From assembly GCA_030704615.1 (NCBI GenBank), contig CM060731.1, forward strand, positions 51,646,001 through 51,710,000: 64,000 bases of DNA. Direction: 5' to 3'. Both the position numbers and the translations under genes were made by a program. Of this stretch, positions 1 to 13,546 are shown piece by piece. The notes below the pieces were generated by a model. It was not told where the DNA came from, did not search any database, and saw only the letters and a list, made by a program, of their open reading frames with translations. The first letter of the stretch is position 1; the number at the start of each line of letters is the position of its first letter. This DNA comes from Takakia lepidozioides (Eukaryota > Plantae > Bryophyta).

Positions 1-3000
1 TTTGTGTGTGGCAGTTCTTTTTAGGGCACTGATCGCATTTATACACTGGCAGGCCTACTTTCTGCAAGGAGCTATTTTACCACATCTTCTTTCCTCTTTC
101 AGCTCCCCTTATGGTATATCTGGACGGAGGGTGGCTTGCCCTTGTGAATCGTGATTTACAGTCATTCTCAAGTATTTCTCATGGTTTGGCAACTTTTCCT
201 AGCTGTCTGCTGTAAGTATCTAACAGCACATTAGGGACTCCCTATTCTGTTGTATGTTGAATAGCGACAGTTGGCTGGCCAGTGAAGTCTCATTCAATTC
301 TCTATGCTGTGTTAACTACTGCATTGAACAGATCAGATTTGGCTAAAACTCATGGACATTGACTCCAGGTTGTTTGCAAGTGCACTAATTATTGGGTTGT
401 ATGTACTGGTGGGCATATGTACAGTTTTCTCATTCAATACAGTGAGTACATATTACATGGTGGGAGGGAATTACACTAACTTTGTGTACGACATCCTGCT
501 GGTCGACATCCTCTGGATCATGCGCAACTCGGTACAAGCCATTCCTGTTCTCTCATAGACACCCGTATACTTCTGACATCTTCACAGCTTTTTGTCTCGT
601 TCATTGCTTGTCTATTCTGCTGGTCAAGTGCAACTCTGGCTTTGTGGTGCACATGTGTGGCTTTCATTCATCCACCCTGGTACAAGGCTTTGCCATCAAG
701 TTGCCATACTAGTGGTAAGGTCGAAATTCTCACAGTTTAAATATCTTGTAGCTTATCATGGGAAACAGCCAAAGGCGAACCATTGTCCCAGAAATTCATC
801 TTCTTCACATTGGTGAGTGTGGTTGAGTGGGTGATGGCAGGTGGTTGCAACCAAGTATGCATTTGCATCAAAGGTGCAGATGGAAAAAATGCGGACGGTT
901 TTGGTGGACCAGACTACGCGACCGCACATGACTGTATGCTCACATTGCCATGCCTCCAGTCACTCACTCAGAGCTACATCCCACAGGATTTATGCTGGTT
1001 AGGTAGGTAGGGGATTTGCTGTTTTGTACAGCCAGATCTTGGCAACAGAGCAGAGGTGGTTTTACCGACTGCGTAAGAGCTAAATGTATCACACTGGCCA
1101 TAGCTGCTGCAATAGGCAGCTTGTGATTGAATGAAAAAAATCTGTCTAGATGTTTGCAGTTTCAGGTGTTTTTCCAGGCATGTAAGATGTACTGTATGGC
1201 TATGGAGGTTGAATAAAACCTGGCAAAAGTTGCCCTAGACAAAGCAACTTTAGTCTGAGATAGTGAGTGTGTATAAATTTAGGAGGTGGTATGGCCACAT
1301 ATCTGAAGTTTGCCACAATGTTGTTTGGTGAAGCTCCTAGGTGGGTGGAATAATCCCCTTCCGCGGAAGGTTTTGAAAGAAGAGCTATTCCTAGCTGCAG
1401 TACGCTGCAGAATGATGCTGCATGCTTCCTCTTTCCAGCTTGATACCAGTACTGACTCATTTGAGGCCATTTCTGACATGGTGACTGACCTCCGTCTCGA
1501 GAAAGATGATCCGCACACGGTTCATACCCTTTCCTGTACACTTTTCTCATATGTCCATGTTGGGATGACATGTCTATGTTGGGATCTGATAATATCAATT
1601 GGAAGGGACTTCCCCTATGGCAGTACGTGAAGCTCTTTTCTTTTCGCGGATCATGGAAAATTGATCTTTCATAGTCTAGCGTCTGCAGCTCTTAACTTTG
1701 ACATGCTTGATTTCCTATCCAGCATTCATCGCTGACAATAATGGAAGAAGCCAACAAATGGTTGCAAGCTGGAAGTGAAGAGTGCCTGGATGTGATGGCA
1801 TTGACAACCCAGGGGGGTATCCTGCGTCCAGGACGCCTGCCTGTACACTTGTATGCAGCACATGTGATCCACCAATCATCAAGCCTCAGCAGGTTCCTAT
1901 TGACAGTATGCTTTGTGTCAACAGTGATTTGTAGCATGTTGGGAGTCTCAGGTGCCAATTTAAGGGCTGCCTAAATCTTACATCTTCAATCTCTTGTGTG
2001 TCTGTGTCCTAGATTCACCTTGGTTTGTTGGTGTCTTGGTGACAGATTTTGTACTTTCTTTATTGGGCCTTATGTTTGAGCAAAATGTGCTGTCCTAAGA
2101 GCAGAATGTGGTCGGGGGATGACAGGCTGAGAAGGGTGGGCCATACACTGCTAAATCAACATCTTCGAAAATGTGCATTCGGCTTGTCCTTGGCCATTGC
2201 AGTGCTTCCTATTGTTGGTCGGTTTTTCCTTGGTGTGTCTCTCATCTCATGAGTCCTTTCCCCAGTCACTTCCATGAGTCAGAGAGTCACGACTACTGCT
2301 TAAGTGGGTGTGCTGTCCTCAGCGGTTTTGTTGTCCTGATTGTCTTCATCGGACTATAGTTGTCCATTTTGAGGAATAGTTAACTAAGTCTGTGCAGAAA
2401 AATGTGTACCTTAATGAGAGAAGATTCATGAGAATATTACTGCCTACCCAACACAAACTTTTTGTGGGATGCAGGGGGCCACCGAATACCAGGGCCACTT
2501 TGGGCAAAGTATACTATCACTGTCTCAAGCTTTTTTCTCATGTTTTTCTCCATGTGGTCGAATGTGCCTTCATGATGGTTGGGGTTTTGGATTTTCGCCG
2601 CGCCACTATGTGGCCTCAAAGCTGGATGAGCTTTTGCGCACAGGCGTTTATACAGGCAGTCTGCATATCCGGACGCCTCGCTCTCTTCGGTCGTTGCGCA
2701 AAAGGTCTTATGAGTGGTTGATCAGGCTCAACGGGAGCAGGGGTGGGAGTAGCAGTGGTGGTAGCAATCGTAGTGGAGGCCTCAGGGGCAGGGCATTTGG
2801 CTTGACTTCAATGACCCAGACTCATTGCAAGCCTGGTGGACCTGCCGGATGCTGGTGCATGATTTTGGCTTAGGTTTCCATAAGCGCATCAAAGTGAGTC
2901 TCTTGCCTTCACCTATCAGCTCAATTACATGTTTTATTTTCCATAATGGGTTCATGAGGTTGTACTTATCCAACCATCCTTGTTCTTCAATAGGCATTAC

Positions 3001-4533
3001 TACTGTCATTAAGCTGTAAATAGGAAACATAAAACCTGGTTAATCTATTTTATTATCCATCTGTCTCCTTTGCAAAGTTTACTCCGCTGTGGTGCCCCAT
3101 CACACTTCCACCCATATGCATACATTTTCATAGAACTCAACAGCTTCAATGTATTGCCCTCAAGTTCTTCTATGTCTGTAGATTAATGATGGAAAGTCGG
3201 TGGAAACGATGTGGGTTGTTGCTTGGGCATTGTGCAGTACTACACCACATACTTTGCATGCTATGGCTTGATTCTCATTGTATTTTGTCGCTCTGCGGCT
3301 GATTACGGGCATCAAGAGGGACGATATCTACTTCATGTAAGTCCTACCTCTGATATATTCTGGCTTGTCAACTGATATGTTATTCGAGTAGCTTTTTGGT
3401 TGTATTGTCTCTTTCTTTCTTCTATATTGCTTTTTGACCCATTGGTGCCTGGGCAGTCATTGACCTTTCATAACCTCTCTGCGTGGAAATGTTGGTCTTA
3501 TGGTGGTCTTTGCAACTTGCCAGGATGTTGATGTCCTTAGACAGATGCCCAAAATTTCTGCTGATCAAGTCTAATCTCAGACTGAAACATTACAGCTCTC
3601 GTCACTGTGAGGTTCCTTGCTACCTTGGCTGGTCCACTAGCTCAATAATGAGTGGCACAGTAGAGTTATTCAGATCATAGCACTGGTGTGTATTCACACT
3701 TCTGGCACTCATGGTATGGCCTGGAGGTGATATCAACATGGTGCGGCAGATGCAGGGGGCCACTCTTACATACCGGAAAAGTAATCCTTCATGCTATACA
3801 CCCAATTTAGTTTTCAGTTTTTCCATACTGCTATTACCTTTGTGATGCTTATAAGTATCGTGTGAACACAAGAACCAGCAAAGGGGTGCACCCAGGAACA
3901 CACACATTGGTGAGCCCGATTAGTTGTATTTGACTCTTCCCAAAGCTCTTACCCAATGGACATCTACCTATTTAGGTTTATAACCATGCATCTATGCAAA
4001 TTTTCAGAAGCCAAAGTGTGTTACTCTTCCCTATCTTGTGTAGATATGTGCTCAGACATGTTGATCATTAACTCAGAGGGACTATCAAGGGAGCGAGAGG
4101 GATTTTGATGAGGTAATTGTGGGCAAGCGAATGAAACAGCTGAGACTACAGATGCAAATTCAGGAGGACAAAACACAGAGAAGCAGTGAGGAGTTGAAGA
4201 AAGAAATGACTGCAATACAGACCATGGCATCCATCACTGAGGCAGTCAAGTGGGATAATGGCAAACATAAGGTGGTTACTATGACTGTACTTGTGTTGGC
4301 CGTCCAACGGGCTCATTAGCAGGGACATTAGTTCGGTCTGTTGCTCCACTGTCATGTCTATCCAGGTGTAACATCACTGATCTGAGTATAATTTGGTAGT
4401 GTGTTTTGCTCTACAGGTATCAGTTTGCGGATTTCAGGCTGGGGAGCAACTGATAAGTGTGATTGTTGCGATATTGACAGCGACCATAAGCATTGGTGTA
4501 GGACAAATTGTCACAAGGACAGTGGGTGCCTGA
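1..4533 (+). CDS. Uncharacterised multi-exon, multi-pass membrane protein gene, 5' end outside window; exon structure only partly resolved, possibly degenerate
   Basis: Short GT-AG-bounded hydrophobic exons join in frame, e.g. 162-211 + 332-441 (HSQVFLMVWQLFLAVCYQIWLKLMDIDSRLFASALIIGLYVLVGICTVFSFNT) and ~589-715 (LFVSFIACLFCWSSATLALW...). A coiled-coil exon ends at 4271 (KRMKQLRLQMQIQEDKTQRSSEELKKEM) and a last exon 4417-4533 carries a C-terminal TM segment (LISVIVAILTATISIGVGQIV) and TGA. No family recognised. Confidence 0.4.
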
Positions 4534-6491
4534 AGTGACTTGCTCCAATCAAACCAACAGTTGATGGCTTATAGTGTTTGTTATATAGTGTATGTGCACT
4601 TCTCTCCCAGTGTTAAATTGGATTTGAGTTACTTGACATGGCCTGCGGCTGGTGCGGGCCAGCGCTACCACAACAGTGCCTAAAGTACGACCCTCCATGG
4701 AAAACTCCTGGCAGTGTCCGTCTCTTGCTCATACAAGTCTCTTGCCCTTACAAGTCAGTCGCCTGTGCATTTTCTCTTTTTAGCAAGGAACAGGGAAAAT
4801 GACCCAGTATAGACTTTGTAAATAGGACAGAGAACCCCCAATAGGGCACTCTGCCCTTGTAACTTAGGAGGTTTTAGTTGCATGTTGGTTTATGTGGTGT
4901 TCTACCTGTGTTCTCTGGCCAATTGAGGGGCAGATGTCTTTCTTTTTATTTACTTTTCTGTATGGTAAGTTACACTAGTCGACAGAGCCTTATGGGATGC
5001 TAGGCAGTGCATTTGCTCGCACCCCAACTCCCCTCCTCTACTTTTCTGCTCTGTTGAATTATTTTGGGCCTTTGGCCACAAGGCTGCATGTAGCAAAATT
5101 TATTAAGGATGACTCTGCAGTCTCAGCACTGTAAGCAATCTCTTCATTACGATGGTTGGAAGCTTTCTAGTGAAATGTCTAGGGCTGCATTATAAAACTG
5201 AACAGGATATGCTGCCGTCCATGAATGACAAAAATGACAAGGAAGGGCAGGACTTCACTGCCAGTTCATTGATTCATTTGCACTCCGTTGTATCAGCAGT
5301 AATGACAAATATTTTATGCAGAGCTCAGCATCTTTGAATTCACTAGGGTGACAGCCACGTTACTTCCCAATCTGCCAACGAACTTTTGTGTCCGCTTTAG
5401 AACTGCAACAATTAATCATGGAATATGAGCTGTGTTGTTACTGAATGTGTAGCACCAACCATGCTCAAGACATACAGGAAACCTGTCACTCGAAAAGCGA
5501 ATTCATGTGAACTCAGTTTCCTTCCTTTCCTCCCATATATCTCCATCTCTGTGTACAGCAACTCAAGCACCACAGATTGCCTGCAGTGAATTCGTCAGGG
5601 TTCTCTCTCCTGTGCACAACCAACCAATTCTTTTGCAAAAATCTCCCTTGGATCTTTTTCACCACACATTTAGTTGTATGGAGACCTCGATATGTTCAGT
5701 TCCCAAATGCAGGTTACACGGAGTGAGCAGAGAACAAAAGGGCCCACTGTGAGAGACAGAAGCATGACTGAAAGTGAGAGAGAGCTCAACCTCTAGTGCC
5801 CATGAGCTCAAGGAGCCTGGACAACAGGTCCACATGAAGTGAAGAGGTGATCATTTGTCTAGGTTCCCCCACCCATTCAGGACCATATAGATTTCCCTGG
5901 AATCATCAGGGAACGACTCCAGAGCAAGGGTTTCAATCAAGAGTTCCCTACCTCAGGACCCATCAGGGCGCTTGTGACAAATTTGGGGAAAAGGTTGGGG
6001 GTGCAGAAGTGCATGAATTTTTGGATCAAACCACAAGCCGCATTATTCACCACTATAGGAATGCATAGTGAAGAGACAATCCGGACTAGGATCTTGAGAC
6101 AAATCACTCCTTGCACATTCCTCAGTCTTGATTAGATTCCCTCTTATACAAGGAAAGAGAAACCAACGCTGAAACGTTGGCCTCGGGCAAAGTTTCAAAA
6201 ACGCTGTGCTGAAGCTGTAACTGATCTAGGACCTCACCTTGAAGCTTTATTGATAATTGCCACAACGATGACATCCAGGCAGAAGTGGTGACACTAATTT
6301 CTGGCCCCTATGCCCCTTAATAAAGATCCCAAAAAAGACTTGATGGCCTGCACCGGTGTCAAACTGCCCCCTTGTTATTTCAATGTACAGTGTAAGGAGA
6401 CTCTGACAGTAGCTTTGAAGTCCTGAACTGTTAGTTACATTTGACAGTAAGAAGAGAAACCTAGTAAAATTGGAAAAGCACCAAAAAAATG

Positions 6492-7536
6492 TCAACGCAT
6501 CGCTCCTTGCAAATTGGCACCACCGAGGAGCGCCCCCTCCAACACAGTGTCTCTAAGGTCGACATGAGCCAGATAAGCTCGTTGAAGATTAGCCCCACGC
6601 AGGTTGGCCATTTAGTTTGGCACCCTTGAGGTTTGCTTGTTCTAGATTTGCTTCAGAAAGATTTGCATTTGAAAGATCTGCATTCTGTAAGTGGGCAGAC
6701 CGAAGGTCTGCATTGCAGAAACTGGAATTGACCAAGCAGGCATCTGCCAGGTTGGCACTTTGCAGATTGGCACCAGCCAACACCGATCCACGCATGCTAG
6801 CCCCATTAAACAAGCAAGAAAAGAGATTGGCGTAGTGAAAATTGGCACCGTCTGCCTCAGCTCCAGTGAATAGCGCACATTGCAGCTTGGCACGAGAAAA
6901 GAAGGTGTTGATAAGCCGAGCGTGACTGAGGTCCACATTACTCAAATCCAGTTTGGAGAGGTTTTGCCCTGACAGATTGACCCCGCGGAGGCGCACTTTC
7001 TCAAACTGGAGACACTTGATCACATCACGGCGCGTCATCTCGGGCTTGGTGTTGTCATCCTCATCCTTTTTGCAGAGGAGTGGCATCAAATTCTCCATCA
7101 ACCCCGTCAGTTGGTAATACTCAGCCTCCCGTAACAGCTCCTGATACGATTGGATTTCCATCATCGGCACAATGCCATCACGCAGCCAATTCAGGATATG
7201 TCGGAAATGTGTGCCATCTCTGTCTATAAACACTGCCCCCTTCTTCGGATCCATATGCAGGCGATGCCGACCACTGAACATGACAGCCAGCATGGAATCT
7301 GTGTCCCGCTGTGTCAAAGTCTCCACTGTTGTTGCAAAGATGGTTCCCCCAACATTGAGCCGCACAATGGATGGGATCTCGATAATATTCTCGGTGCCTG
7401 TAGGGGCAGAGGTGACAGTAGATTGCGAAGGGCTCTCACTGGACAGAGACTCGTCCCCCAAGCATGGCAGAGAGGGGAGAGGGCCACCCATCTCGGGAAA
7501 ATCTCTGAAAATGCTCTGGCTGAACAAGACATCCAC
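6492..7536 (-). CDS. FIP2: BTB/POZ (T1-type) + pentapeptide-repeat protein, FIP2/KCTD9-like; intronless; frameshift at ~6609
   Basis: VRLNVGGTIFATTVETLTQRDTDSMLAVMFSGRH...FIDRDGTHFRHILNWLRDG BTB domain, then A(N/D)Lxx pentapeptide repeats. The conserved tail ANLRGANLQRAYLAHVDLRDTVLEGALLGGANLQGAMR* continues in another frame to TGA at 6492-6494. Confidence 0.9.
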
Positions 7537-7797
7537 ACAGTCACATCTAGTTAGTGATCCTCACAGCCTCACATCACCCCTCCCTCTCCAAACAGAATCA
7601 CACAAACCCGCATCCAATGTGCAACACACTCAATTCCACAAACCCACATCGATAGATCCTTGCGTGAAGCCAGTGGCTCTCTACAATCGCTGCCTTCTTA
7701 CTTACATCTTAGGACCATTCTCCACACACATCCCGATTCAGGTCCTTTGTACAACTGTCCCTGAGGTGCTGTGTGAACACTCGTGACTCAGATCTTT

Positions 7798-7833
7798 ATT
7801 CCCTTAAAATTCCCTTAAAATTCCCTTAAAATT
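7798..7833. repeat. (ATTCCCTTAAA)x3 microsatellite-like repeat
   Basis: Three direct 11-bp copies read from the sequence. Confidence 0.8.
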
Positions 7834-9523
7834 CATACACAGTCCTTTGGAAACCTCTTTTCACACCAGAAAACCCACTTCAGCTTTTCTTGGAACTGCT
7901 TAGTACCAAGTATCTGGCCACTTGAACTGAAAACTGAGTAGAGTATGGTTGGGCGTGGTTCAGACCGAGGCCCAAGAATGACAATGCACAGTTTCTAGTT
8001 CTTTTGCAAGATGGGCATCTAGTGTTCATTTTGGGATAATACTTTTCAGTAGGTTTCTGAAGATCAAGTATGAATGCTTCAATGTAGAGATACCATCCCT
8101 GCGCATAGATGTACAGGAAATGGAACTTTAAACACCCGTACTTGCTGCATATGTGAATTGATGAGACTGCTTTTTGCAGACCATGAACAGAAAGAAGTCT
8201 ATTGCCACTTGGTTTTTAGCAGTAAACCTTGGCTCGCATTCAGATCTCCATAGTAATACTTCAATCTACACGAGCATGTAGAGCTGGAGCTCTCTTATGT
8301 ACAAATGGTGCCGAACACCTCAGAACTATTACACCCAGGATGTGATCAACCTCAATACAACATACAAAAAATTGTTAGATCTTCTCAGTGTTGACAGCCA
8401 CCAGCAGGTAGGTGTCTGATTCCAAGAAAAATTTCTAGAACTGGCTAGAAGTTCCCTCAGATCCCTCCTTCATGGGGGTGAATGAACTATATTGCCAGAC
8501 AGCTCTCACAATATTTCTTCATAGGATTTGATCAGCTGCCATAAGATCCAGTTAAGCCAAAGTAGGACCACTCTTTCACAAGTTCCTGAAAACTTGACTG
8601 AAGTTCACCCCGAACTGACTGTTCGAGCTGGGTCAATCTCACCCAATCACTAGAAGTAAGAAAACAGTTCCGCATGTGGATGATTACCAAGTTGAAAATT
8701 AGCAGACATTTCCATGAATTGGCATAAACCCCCTACAATTTTGTCTCTAAAACTTACAAAACTTGAGAATCTTAATGTGAATCTTGGGAACCACCCCACA
8801 GCCTTCGCTCTACTTCACTCCCATCGTGCAAGCATCCACTCCAATCTCAACCAACAGTTGTCATTGAGCATCAAACTTGGTAATTGAACCTCTCCAAACT
8901 TCACATAATACACAGAAGGAACCATGGCTGTCATTGCTCCGTCAGCCATAAATGATCAACTCATTCCCCTGTACACATAACAGTGCAATGCTGTTGAGTT
9001 TTGACAGTCTTCTCACACTACATCTAACATTCAACACCCCAGCCAATACTGTTGACGCCTTGTTTTTAGAATGTGAAGGGAGGTGCTATGAGATTGCCCT
9101 GTTCCGCCCAGCTCTCTCTCTTACCCTCACAAACTACTCCATCCACACTGCACAGGATCTATTACAATAAGGACCCCAGACAACAAATACTTGATTCGTC
9201 CCCTTGTCAAAAAATTAATGGGATAGAGAAAGCACCCACATTCAAAGTAACCAGGCTGATGTGTGCTTATTGCTTATCAGTTTAAAAACTATGTGATGGA
9301 ACAAAATATTCCTCATCAAAAATGTTACATCATCTGATCAATTCAAACACCTAAAAAAAGAGAATCCCCCATACTCCCGCAGTTTGCTTTGCAATCCAAC
9401 AAATAGAAGGTCCATGCGGTTCACCAATAATATCTAAGAACCAAGTGAAAAATTAGGGCCTCCAGGACCTCCACCGCATACTCTCTGGATCGCCGCTGAC
9501 ATGAGAAGAAGCTCACCCAGGTG

Positions 9524-10063
9524 CTATCCAGATCCGACAATGATGTTGTTGATGGGTATGAATATCAATTTGACGAAAAAGCCAATGAAGCCCATAACAA
9601 CAAAGCCGAGGGCGGTTCTTATCGCCACTTTAGAAAACTCTGACACATTAAACGACCCGATATACAGATTGTCAGTACACGATAAAGCTCTTACTACTCA
9701 GATAGAGTACCAGGTCTGTTGGAAGGGACCCGACACCAGAGCACGCCTAGATTCCAAACACTTAACAAACACAGAGACCAAAACTACAGCGTGTGCTATC
9801 CATGAACCCGAATACAGTGACCCCTGGCAAGAGCTCGGAACACAGAAATCTTCATGAACGCTACAAATTGGAGGACATTTAACTCCAGCAAACTTCAAAC
9901 ACCAAGACGGGAAAATAAGGGCCTAAAAGAGGAAGACGCGAAGATGGGATACGTTAGTGAAATCATTACCTCGGCGATCTGGCTTGTGGCACCGCTTCAC
10001 GAGGCGGATGCTGTCCTTGGTAAACTCCTTAATCGGCCTCACCACCGTGTCAACGGCCTCCAT
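9524..10063 (-). CDS. SEC61G: Protein transport protein Sec61 subunit gamma; exons 10063-9970 and 9639-9524
   Basis: Spliced product [69 protein letters not shown], with canonical GT-AG intron 9969-9640. Confidence 0.97.
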
Positions 10064-10399
10064 TGCAGCACCCTCTCCCTTCCTCTCCCTTTCTCTCTCG
10101 CAAACAAACAGACCCCGGCAGAAGCAAACCCTAGTCTTGCTCAGTCTCACGCCTGGGAAAAGAAAATAATTGTGAGCAGTCGCTCCCAGGTTTCCCTTAA
10201 TATATATATATAACAGGTAGAACCACTAATTGACACTTTGGGGGGTTGCGGCGTGTCAGAGTGGTGGCCTGCCTTGTTGGGCTACTCGACATCGCATTAA
10301 TTACTCAATGTTAGACCTACCTCCAAAGCTCCGAGAGAACAAGTTCGAGTTGGAAAACCCCAATAGCTCCAATTTACCCCGAGATGTCACGCGAGGAAA

Positions 10400-10632
10400 C
10401 AGGGGCTGTGTGAATCATATCTTCACTCTAAGCCAGGTTATCCAGGGAAGGAAAAAAGAAGGGAAACCCACTTTTGTTTTTTTCTTGGATGTCAAAAAGG
10501 CTTATGACAGAGGCTCCGTGTGGAGAGACGGTCTATTGCTCCGACTCTGGTCATGTGGGATCAAGAGAAAGATGTGGAGAGTTGTCCATAACTTGTATGC
10601 TCACACCAAAAAGCTGTGTCACTGTTAATGGA
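10400..10632 (+). mobile_element. Non-LTR (LINE) reverse transcriptase fragment
   Basis: RGCVNHIFTLSQVIQGRKKEGKPTFVFFLDVKKAYD..VWRDGLLLRLWSCGI..MWRVVHNLY..TKSCVTVNG matches LINE RT subdomains; truncated and frameshifted. Confidence 0.85.
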
Positions 10633-12557
10633 CATTCTCTTAACTTTGTGCTCACGCGATACCAACCCCCTCCAGAATCATCTCTCCAACTTTAGACTAG
10701 CAAAAACGTCAGTTTCTCAAGTTGGGACCATATCACAAATCAATGATTATCCCAACATTATAAATTTCCCATTTTTTTTCCTTCCATAATCTAGAAGTGT
10801 ATGCTAGGCTTGGAGTTTTGAACATGGGCATGATCCCTATGTTGAATCTCCTTCTTTTTTGCACAAAGGAGATTCCAAATAGTAGTCGCGGGTATCTTTC
10901 TCGACCTGAATCACGAGCGAAGCCACGGTTGTGTCTCTTCACATACCTTTTAATTATATATTTTTGAAGATATTGAAAGTTGCCAATAAACAAAGTGACA
11001 TGATATTAAAAGTCACATATGAACCAAATGAGATTTGTGATTTGAACTATAAATATAACTTGATATGTCTTTTTGCAATCTTGTATACGTTCTTCTTGCT
11101 TTTTTAATCTAATCAATAGAGTGCTTCCAAATTGATTCAATCTCTCGTGCACAGGCTTTGGATTGTTGCTCAACTGTATTTATTTTCTAACAATTTGTCA
11201 GATCATCAGTGTATTTTGACATTTGATCTTTTTTTGCCCCAACTTAGTTCTTAAGCAACGCAAAAGAATTTTTTTACTTAGTCATTTGTGTAGGACTCAT
11301 GTGCAATGTTGTACATAATCTGATCCCAACAACACGTGGATATCAAACCAAGAGTCATACTTTGGTTTATAAGACAAGAAATTTGGACAGACGATGTTGA
11401 CAAAATGCTTGGAGAATGTGTGTAATGAACAAGCGTTGTTTTGCAACAATTATTTGAGCCATTGCATTAAAAGAATTTCATAAGATGGCTGCCATGTGGT
11501 TTTGTAAGCTCGACGATCATGACAATGATCAATTCCCCCACATTGCAAATCTTCATTGACGTCACTTGAAAAGTTGTTGCAAGACTACACTTGTTCCTCT
11601 AACATGAGAATCTTGCACAGACATAGGGAGAGACAATGATTGAACATTTTCAGGACGGTCTACAACTTGATTTCTTTGATATTAGGATTTTTGTATGTTG
11701 ATACTGGGATAGCCAATCCATAATAACTTTAAGCGCATATGATCATTTTGTTATATTAGTATGGTCCGAAAGAAATCCTCTTTATTCTGGACTTTGACTC
11801 GGAAAAATGAACTCTGACTCCTTGTCCCTTTCTTTTCTTATTTGGTGATTCAGCTTGGACACATTAAATTATTATCTACTAGTTCTCGATTATGTATGTA
11901 ATGGAAATGGAATTTGAAGTGGGTACCTCTCAAAACATTATCATATAGACAGGACCCATGAAGAAAAGACATGTGGACATAGATTAGTGCATTTTTGAAA
12001 AAAAAATGGTTAGCATGAGGCTCCCAGTAAGAGACTTAAAAACTATTTTGCTCTCATTGTCCATTTTTTTTGTTGGTTTGGCTGAATTTGTGTCCACAAC
12101 ATTCTTTTCTTTGAACCTATATGATGGGTTACTTGGGTATTCTATCGCAGCTGAAATCATGTGGCCCTTTTGCTGTGAAGTGTGTAGACAAAGCTCATCC
12201 CTCTTATCATCCACATAATCGATGTTGGTTTGTTGTATTATAACATTTTTGTAACATTATTCCAAGTTTCATCGTTCATTTTATTTAAAAATAAGTATTG
12301 AATGGCCCAGGTTGATATTCAGTCCCATGTGGCTTCATCCGTCCCTTGTCATGGCTCCTCCTTAATTTTGTATTAAGAACTTAAAACTATATTTATAAAT
12401 ATATAAATAAAACGATATAATTCCTGATATCAAAAGTTCCATATGATATTAATCAATTGATTCTTAGCCTAGCACAACGAACACTATTATCCAGACTAGA
12501 AACTCCCATATTCTACATCCCATGTTCATGTGTAGCTACCATCATTTTTCGAGTTTT

Positions 12558-12965
12558 CTAACTGTTCCTCCAGATGCACCACGGCTCCTTCTTCACACCT
12601 CTGTCCTCTATTACTTTTCTCACCTTTGCTACATCATTCCACCTGCCAGTTGCAGCATAAATAGTAGCAAGCAGCCCATATACTGCAGCAGATTGTGGTT
12701 CCAACCTAAGAGCACATTTGGCAGCCAGTTCTGCCATCTCCACATTGCCATGGATTCTGCAGGCCCCAAGCACGGTTCTCCGTACTGAAGCATCTGCTTC
12801 ATATGGCATTTTGTTGTTAATCCAAGCGCCCTGCACAGCCAAGAAGGTCAACTACGCATCCATCATGCTTACATGTTGGTCTAATACCATGGTCCTGACT
12901 CATAGAAAGGAACTGGTGATGGCCTTGACCCACATGACTACATGCAGAGAGAACACAAATGAATC
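12558..12965 (-). pseudogene. PLS-class PPR 3' fragment (last PPR motifs + E1/E2), no DYW domain
   Basis: FICVLSACSHVG...HDGCVVDLLGCAGRLD* / INNKMPYEADASVRRTVLGACRIHGNVEMAELAAK...VKKEPW. Has a stop and frameshifts, and ends at the PG box. Confidence 0.9.
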
Positions 12966-13546
12966 TCATGCCTATGCCGTTTATAAGCACCTTCTTTTTA
13001 CATGAAAAGATCAGGGTAGCCAATTGAGTAACAGGAAAACCCATGAAGCTGTTTGGAACACATGCATTTCATACCTCTGAATGGCACATTTATGCACCAT
13101 ACTGGCGGATGCAGGGCAGCTCCAAAGCATAACAATTGTTCTTGGCAGCTTCTGATTGCTGTAGACTATATACAGCCTGTAGAAAAGTCTACTCGCCCCA
13201 CTATGCCATGACATAACCAGCAGCTGGAAAGAGTGGGAAGTGGGGCAAAGTTCAAATTTTTCAGAATCAACAAGCAAATCCATTATGGCTTGGATAATTG
13301 TCATGCAACCTATTTGCCTATTTATCTTTTTTGGTTTGGAGATCTTATCTAGTACTTCTTTGCCACACAATCCCTTTTCGTTTGGATGCAATATTAGTTT
13401 ACACTTTTCTCTCTCAATGCCAACATAACATCCAACTATCCATCCCTGTCCCTCAACAGCCTGTCATAGCCAATATTGGATGGACCAAGCAGCTGGGCAG
13501 TTTAATGAAGGAAGCAAGACACTTACACTGTTCCAAAACAATTTTT

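Noticed and set aside
7798-7833. Interstitial telomeric repeat
   Set aside because: The unit is 11 bp (ATTCCCTTAAA), not CCCTAAA, and there are only three copies.
10700-12450. AT-rich region as a transposase remnant
   Set aside because: No diagnostic motif or termini could be identified.
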